From: Bacteroidales bacterium
Lineage (GTDB): Bacteria > Bacteroidota > Bacteroidia > Bacteroidales > JAADGE01
Assembly: GCA_024762915.1 (NCBI GenBank)
Contig: JANTGL010000002.1
Location: 1 to 39,151 of the forward strand
DNA length: 39,151 bases
Direction of reading: 5' to 3'
Positions 34,592-39,151 of this stretch are shown piece by piece (position 1 is the stretch's first letter; the number at the start of each line of letters is the position of its first letter). The notes under the pieces were generated by a model. That model did no database searches. It had not been told where the DNA came from and saw nothing but the letters and a program-made list of their open reading frames with translations. The translations under genes were made by a program, and so were the position numbers.

Positions 34592-36274
34592 ATGAAACAA
34601 CTTATAGAATGCGTACCCAATTTCAGCGAAGGACGCGATATGAGCGTTATAAAACAAATTACGAATGTTATTGAAACCGTTGAAGGAGTTAAACTTTTGG
34701 ATGTTGACCCCGGAGCGGCAACCAACCGAACAGTCGTAACTTTTGTAGGCACCCCCGATGAAGTTATTGACGCAGCTTTTCTCGCTATAAAAAAAGCAAG
34801 CGAAATGATTGATATGAGCAAACACCATGGCGAACATCCGCGATTCGGAGCAACTGACGTGTGTCCTTTGGTACCGATTTCAGGAATAACAATGGAAGAA
34901 ACCGTAAAATATGCACATAAATTAGCTGAACGTGTCGGAAACGAACTCGGTATTCCGGTTTATTGCTATGAATTTGCGGCAAGCGAAGAAAAACGCCGAA
35001 ATTTGGCTTATTGCAGAGCCGGCGAATACGAAGGTTTAAAAGAAAAACTTACCGACCCGAAAATGAAACCCGATTACGGAACTGCGGAATTCAATGAATT
35101 TGTAAAAAAATCCGGTGCTACGGCAATCAGTGCCAGAAACTTTTTGGTGGCATACAATGTTAATCTTAATACCACTTCCACCAGACGAGCCAATGCCATA
35201 GCTTTTGATGTTCGCGAAAACGGAAGAGCCAAAAAAGAAAACGGAAAAATCGTAAAAGATGAAAAAGGAAACACCGTAAGAATTCCCGGAACTTTGAAAA
35301 AAGTAAAAGCAATCGGCTGGTTTATAGAAGAATACGGTATTGCCCAAATTTCTATGAATTTAACGGACATCACCGTAACTTCGGTTCATAAAGCTTACGA
35401 AGAAGTTAAAAAAAGTGCCGAAAAAAGAGGTGTTCGCGTAAGCGGTTCGGAACTGGTGGGTTTAATACCCTTAAACGCTATGTTGGATGCCGGAAAATAT
35501 TATTTAAAAATGCAGCAACGTTCAACCGGTATCGCCGACAGTGAAATTATTAAAATTGCCGTTAAATCACTCGGTTTGGATGAACTCAAACCCTTTATTC
35601 CGGAAGAACGTATCATTGAATATGTGATGGAAGATAAAAATTCCAAACCATTAATCCATATGAATTTGAAAGATTTTGCCGATTTAACAGGTTCTGAATT
35701 TCCGGCTCCGGGCGGCGGTTCCATTTCTGCATATATGGGTGCTTTGGGTGCGGCACTCGGAACAATGGTAGCCAATCTTTCATCACACAAACGCGGTTGG
35801 GACGAACGTTGGGAAGAATTTTCCGATTGGGCTGACAAAGGTGCAACATACTACAAAGCACTCGTAAATATGGTTGACGAAGATACCAATGCTTTTAATA
35901 AAATTATGGAAGCTTTCCGTTTGCCGAAAAAAAACGATACCGAAAAAGCTGCCAGACATCAAGCAATACAAGAAGCTACTAAAAATGCCATTAATGTTCC
36001 GTTTAAGATTATGGAACTCGCATACGGTTCTATGGAAGTGATGAAAGCAATGGCTGAATTCGGTTTGCAGGCATCCGTAAGTGATGCCGGTGTGGGCGTA
36101 TTAGCCGCTAAAGCCGCGGTTCACGGGGCATTTATGAACGTTAAAATAAATATGGGGGATTTGGAAGATAAAGAATTTGCAGCCGAAAAACTGAAAGCCG
36201 GAAATGAAATTCTCGAAAAAGCAACAGCTTTGGAAAAAGAAATTGTTGCAATGGTTGAAGAAAAAATTTCATAA
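34592..36274 (+). CDS. ftcD: bifunctional glutamate formimidoyltransferase / formimidoyltetrahydrofolate cyclodeaminase
   Basis: The N-terminus LIECVPNFSEGRD is diagnostic for the formiminotransferase. The C-terminal ~200 aa helical domain (PAPGGGS.SA..GALGAAL..MV) matches the cyclodeaminase. Confidence 0.9.
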   Translation: MKQLIECVPNFSEGRDMSVIKQITNVIETVEGVKLLDVDPGAATNRTVVTFVGTPDEVIDAAFLAIKKASEMIDMSKHHGEHPRFGATDVCPLVPISGITMEETVKYAHKLAERVGNELGIPVYCYEFAASEEKRRNLAYCRAGEYEGLKEKLTDPKMKPDYGTAEFNEFVKKSGATAISARNFLVAYNVNLNTTSTRRANAIAFDVRENGRAKKENGKIVKDEKGNTVRIPGTLKKVKAIGWFIEEYGIAQISMNLTDITVTSVHKAYEEVKKSAEKRGVRVSGSELVGLIPLNAMLDAGKYYLKMQQRSTGIADSEIIKIAVKSLGLDELKPFIPEERIIEYVMEDKNSKPLIHMNLKDFADLTGSEFPAPGGGSISAYMGALGAALGTMVANLSSHKRGWDERWEEFSDWADKGATYYKALVNMVDEDTNAFNKIMEAFRLPKKNDTEKAARHQAIQEATKNAINVPFKIMELAYGSMEVMKAMAEFGLQASVSDAGVGVLAAKAAVHGAFMNVKINMGDLEDKEFAAEKLKAGNEILEKATALEKEIVAMVEEKIS

Positions 36275-36277
36275 AAA

Positions 36278-36425
36278 GGTTGTCTAAAAAGTGCGGTTAG
36301 TCATGTTTCCTTGTTTAACTTCGTAGAGCCTTCGGGTTCGGTATCTTTATAAATCACTTAATTTTAGTTTGTTGAGATTCTGAAACAAGTTCAGAATGAC
36401 ACCTCTGCTGACTTTTCAGACAATC
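36278..36425. repeat. MITE/REP-like structured element in a convergent intergenic spacer
   Basis: The imperfect terminal inverted repeat is aggttgtctaaaaagt (36278-36293) against acttttcagacaatct (36411-36426). Internal hairpins are attctgaa-acaag-ttcagaat (36377-36397) and gagcc-ttcg-ggttc. Confidence 0.6.
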
Positions 36426-36429
36426 TCTT

Positions 36430-37575
36430 TTACTCCGAAATCCGTTTTAATGAACCCGATTCAGGGTAAAATTCTACGGTTATTTTTTCTTTAAAAAGAT
36501 TTGCGGGAATTAAATTTAATATTCCGATTTGAGGTATAAGAAGGTTCGTTTTATATAATTTCTTATCATCTAACATAATACTTACCTCTGCTGTTCCGGG
36601 TATTCTATAAATTATTCCTTTATTTTTTTCATCAAGTTTCAAATCACTTTTTAAAGGAATTTCTTTTTGATTAAAATTTAAAATAACCGGTGTATCAATT
36701 GTATCCGTAGTAATTCCTTTATTATCCGAGAAATAAAACAATATTTTCTGCATATTTTCAGCCGTATTTTCGGGAATAAATTCAAATTGATAATTTTTTA
36801 TAAATTTCATTTCTCTGCCGGTAAACAAACTCATATAATTACGTTCAAGTTCCGATAATTTTTTCAACATTTGTTTTAAAGCGATTCCGTCAGGAAAATT
36901 ATCTCCGTCATTTTCTCCCGTTAGTAAGGCATATCGGTCATCACGTAAATTAAAAATGATATCAGCCGTTTCTTTTGCTTGTTTTGCTTTGCTTTTATAC
37001 ACTTCTTTTTTTCGAATAACAGGAATTTTTATCATTACCGAATCTCTTATAACTTCCTTATATATAGTATCATAACGGATTTCTCTAACCGAATGCAATG
37101 AAATATCGGCATAATCAGAAACACTTGTTTTGATTTCTCTGTTTTGAATATTATTTTGTTCCGTATTAACTTTACCTGCCTGAATATCACTTAAATTAAT
37201 ACCCGAAATAAAATTTTCTTTACTCAAATTAATAAGTATAGAATTAATATTATCAGGTGAATTAATGCGAAAGATTTTTGATGAATCAATAACAGGAATT
37301 GTTTTAACGGAAAAATCAGAAATGTAAAAATACGATTCATTTTTCAGAACGGCATTTTTTGTATTAAAATACAGATGTGTATAATCGGCAAAAATTCCTT
37401 TCTGTTTTATTTCCTGTGTGATTTCAGCCGTTACAATTAATTTAGCTTTAGGAAGTGCATAAATGATTCCCTGCTCCTCGCTTTTTTCAGGAGTTATTTT
37501 TTCCGTATAAAAAGAAGTTTTACAAGAAATTAAAAAAAAGAACAAAACAATTCCGCTAATTTTAATGATTTTCAT
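36430..37575 (-). CDS. lipoprotein, DUF4831-like (weak family call)
   Basis: The lipobox is FFLISCKT. The motif IIYALPKAKLIV resembles the DUF4831 N-terminal motif as I recall it. There are no catalytic motifs. Confidence 0.45.
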   Translation of the reverse strand: MKIIKISGIVLFFFLISCKTSFYTEKITPEKSEEQGIIYALPKAKLIVTAEITQEIKQKGIFADYTHLYFNTKNAVLKNESYFYISDFSVKTIPVIDSSKIFRINSPDNINSILINLSKENFISGINLSDIQAGKVNTEQNNIQNREIKTSVSDYADISLHSVREIRYDTIYKEVIRDSVMIKIPVIRKKEVYKSKAKQAKETADIIFNLRDDRYALLTGENDGDNFPDGIALKQMLKKLSELERNYMSLFTGREMKFIKNYQFEFIPENTAENMQKILFYFSDNKGITTDTIDTPVILNFNQKEIPLKSDLKLDEKNKGIIYRIPGTAEVSIMLDDKKLYKTNLLIPQIGILNLIPANLFKEKITVEFYPESGSLKRISE

Positions 37576-37581
37576 GGTGTT

Positions 37582-38808
37582 TTAATTATTTATAGGATAT
37601 TCATCCGGATTATTTTTAAAATCTTGCGGATCGGCTATATGTTTTCCTTTTTCAATATTTTTTTTGTAATCCTCACTTTCACGTTTTTCAACATCGGCTT
37701 CATTAAGATCTCTGCCGTTTTTATATGTAATTGTGTCTTGTTCACCGTTTTCACCGTAAAATATCCAAACACCGTCTTTTAAATCGTTTTTATACTGTCC
37801 TTTAACTTCTATTTTTCCGTTTTTATAATATCGAATCATCGGTCCTTCCATTTTCCCCTTAACGATTTTTGCTTTTAAAAAAGCATGACCGTTTTTATAA
37901 AACTTCAACCACAAACCAATTTGTATTCCGTTGTCATACGTACGCTTATCAAATATCTGTCCGTTATCATAAAAAATAATTTGCTCACCGTTTAAGCTGT
38001 CATTCAGAAAATTTTCTTCTTTAACTTTTATATTTTCTTGATAATAAACCCATTTTCCTGTTTTTTTCTTTCCGATATAAGTTCCTTCAGAAATCAAATT
38101 CTCATTTTCATCATAAAATTTTGCACTTGCCGTATCACCGGCTTCATCATAATTTAACAATGCTGATAATTTCCCGTTTTCATGATAACGTTTTAATTCT
38201 CCGACCGGTTTATCATCCTGAAAATAAACTTCATATGCTGTTACACCGTTTGAATAGACTTTCATCCATTTTCCCTGTTTCAATCCGTTTGCATCCGTTT
38301 GATTAATTTTACCTTCTTTGGTAAGTCTAATAATTTCGGCATCGGGACGTGCTTCTTCATCTTTAAAAATCTCATGATATTGCTTTAAAGTATCTTTATA
38401 TATTTTTGCTAAATAATCAAAATACGGTTTACTCTGTTTTTTATTTGCATCATAATAGTTTGCTGCAAAATTTCTTAAGATCAGATGAAAACTATCCAAT
38501 TCTGTCTTAAATTTTTCGTCATACACTTCGTGATTTTCCTTCTTAATTCCTTTATTAATATACTTCCCGGCAGATTTAACGGAAAAATTATCTTTCAAGG
38601 TTTTATATTCTTGATAATACGACATTCCTATAAAATAATAAGGAGCTGCATTTTTTGAATTTTCGGAAAGATAGTCTTTTGCCTTAGTAACACATTTTTC
38701 ATACTTTCCTTTATTATAATAACTTTCAATTTTAGAAAGTTTCTTATCTTGAGAATAAATTAAAAAAACGGGAAGGATAAATACGACTGTTAATATATAC
38801 TTTTTCAT
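37582..38808 (-). CDS. MORN-repeat-variant (YwqK-like) protein with signal peptide and TPR-like N-domain
   Basis: Repeats of the G.W..YY.NG....EG.Y.N..K.G.W type occur about 7 times. A signal peptide is present. Confidence 0.7.
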   Translation of the reverse strand: MKKYILTVVFILPVFLIYSQDKKLSKIESYYNKGKYEKCVTKAKDYLSENSKNAAPYYFIGMSYYQEYKTLKDNFSVKSAGKYINKGIKKENHEVYDEKFKTELDSFHLILRNFAANYYDANKKQSKPYFDYLAKIYKDTLKQYHEIFKDEEARPDAEIIRLTKEGKINQTDANGLKQGKWMKVYSNGVTAYEVYFQDDKPVGELKRYHENGKLSALLNYDEAGDTASAKFYDENENLISEGTYIGKKKTGKWVYYQENIKVKEENFLNDSLNGEQIIFYDNGQIFDKRTYDNGIQIGLWLKFYKNGHAFLKAKIVKGKMEGPMIRYYKNGKIEVKGQYKNDLKDGVWIFYGENGEQDTITYKNGRDLNEADVEKRESEDYKKNIEKGKHIADPQDFKNNPDEYPINN

Positions 38809-38836
38809 TATTGAGTTTTTAAGGTTATTAACTTAA

Positions 38837-38844
38837 CAAAAATA
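38837..38844 (-). promoter_or_regulatory. candidate -7 box (TAttTTTG on the minus strand) for the MORN/DUF4831 pair
   Basis: The plus strand reads caaaaata. It lies 29 nt upstream of the ATG at 38808. Confidence 0.35.
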
Positions 38845-38960
38845 AAAAATATTTATTGCTGAACAAAGTCAACCATTTTATTACATTTTTTGAATTATTC
38901 TTTTGTTTCTTGCAACTTTTACACTATTTTTAAGGTCAATAATGATACCGAAATTATCAA

Positions 38961-39151
38961 ATGAATAAACTTCTTTTCATATTTTTCATTTTTTTAACTT
39001 CCGGGAGCTTTGCTCAACACGAAGCAGACAACTGGTATTTCGGGAATTATGTCGGGCTGGATTTCAGTTCGGGAAAGCCTGAACCTTTAACAGACGGGCA
39101 ATTAAAAAATTATGAAGGGTGTGCAGTAGCCTCTGATTCTTCCGGGAATTT
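38961..39151 (+). CDS. 5' end of a large secreted protein (T9SS type-B/SprB-class cargo N-terminus); runs off the window
   Basis: Hand translation gives MNKLLFIFFIFLTSGSFAQHEADNWYFGNYVGLDFSSGKPEPLTDGQL.NYEGCAVASDSSGN. The NWYFG..AGLDF..G.P pattern is typical of giant gliding-associated CTD proteins. It is not in the ORF track because no stop is reached. Confidence 0.55.
   Translation, partial: MNKLLFIFFIFLTSGSFAQHEADNWYFGNYVGLDFSSGKPEPLTDGQLKNYEGCAVASDSSGN

Noticed and set aside
34474-34674. The 66-aa plus-strand ORF between the ATPase gene and ftcD.
   Set aside because: It starts inside the orphan 61-bp hutI repeat, runs through the promoter region and overlaps the genuine ftcD start out of frame. 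Its content is low-complexity.
34576-35971. A cluster of minus-strand ORFs of 60-112 aa antisense to ftcD (34576-34837, 35036-35373, 35500-35971).
   Set aside because: They lie entirely within a well-supported 560-aa gene on the other strand. Their translations are low-complexity or hydrophobic mirror-frame artefacts.

Overview
This is an AT-rich chromosomal segment with clear Bacteroidota hallmarks: T9SS/gliding genes, TAnnTTTG -7 boxes, no Shine-Dalgarno sequences and lipoprotein-rich content. From left to right it contains four blocks. (1) 1-9.4 kb holds the tail of a type-II-FAS-like aryl-polyene/flexirubin-type lipid cluster: KS, a Cys-less KS/CLF partner, CE4 deacetylase, LolA-like carrier, lipoprotein, FabZ-like hotdog dehydratase, YdcF/DUF218, C45 Ntn-hydrolase, GT2-DUF2062 and a GNAT-like protein. 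It is interrupted by two small accessory insertions, a GxxExxY PD-(D/E)xK protein and a ParE-type toxin-antitoxin pair. (2) 9.4-20.4 kb is a T9SS/gliding neighbourhood: PorU, a PorP/SprF-like protein, GldJ, MurF and a large M14 carboxypeptidase cargo with a T9SS C-terminal domain. (3) 20.4-31.5 kb is housekeeping: an acyl-CoA dehydrogenase; a tightly packed minus-strand string of TPR-CHAT, folP, cdaA and mtnA; two tandem LPLAT acyltransferase paralogs; and a YfcC-type transporter. (4) 31.8-36.3 kb holds the histidine-utilisation genes hutI and ftcD, split by a 1.4-kb single-gene insertion (AAA_14/DUF4143 ATPase) bounded by a perfect 61-bp direct repeat. After that come a DUF4831-like lipoprotein, a MORN-repeat protein and the 5' end of a large T9SS-type adhesin. 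I see no CRISPR array, rRNA, tRNA or obvious large new protein system. The most unusual signals are non-coding: phase-locked heptanucleotide arrays that fill the longer intergenic spacers (37 in-register units at 31525-31783). There is also a dispersed ~30-bp repeat family that sits exactly on gene junctions, supplies stop codons, and brackets the GxxExxY gene as an inverted pair. All protein calls rest on recognising motifs by eye in the supplied translations; no database search was possible.
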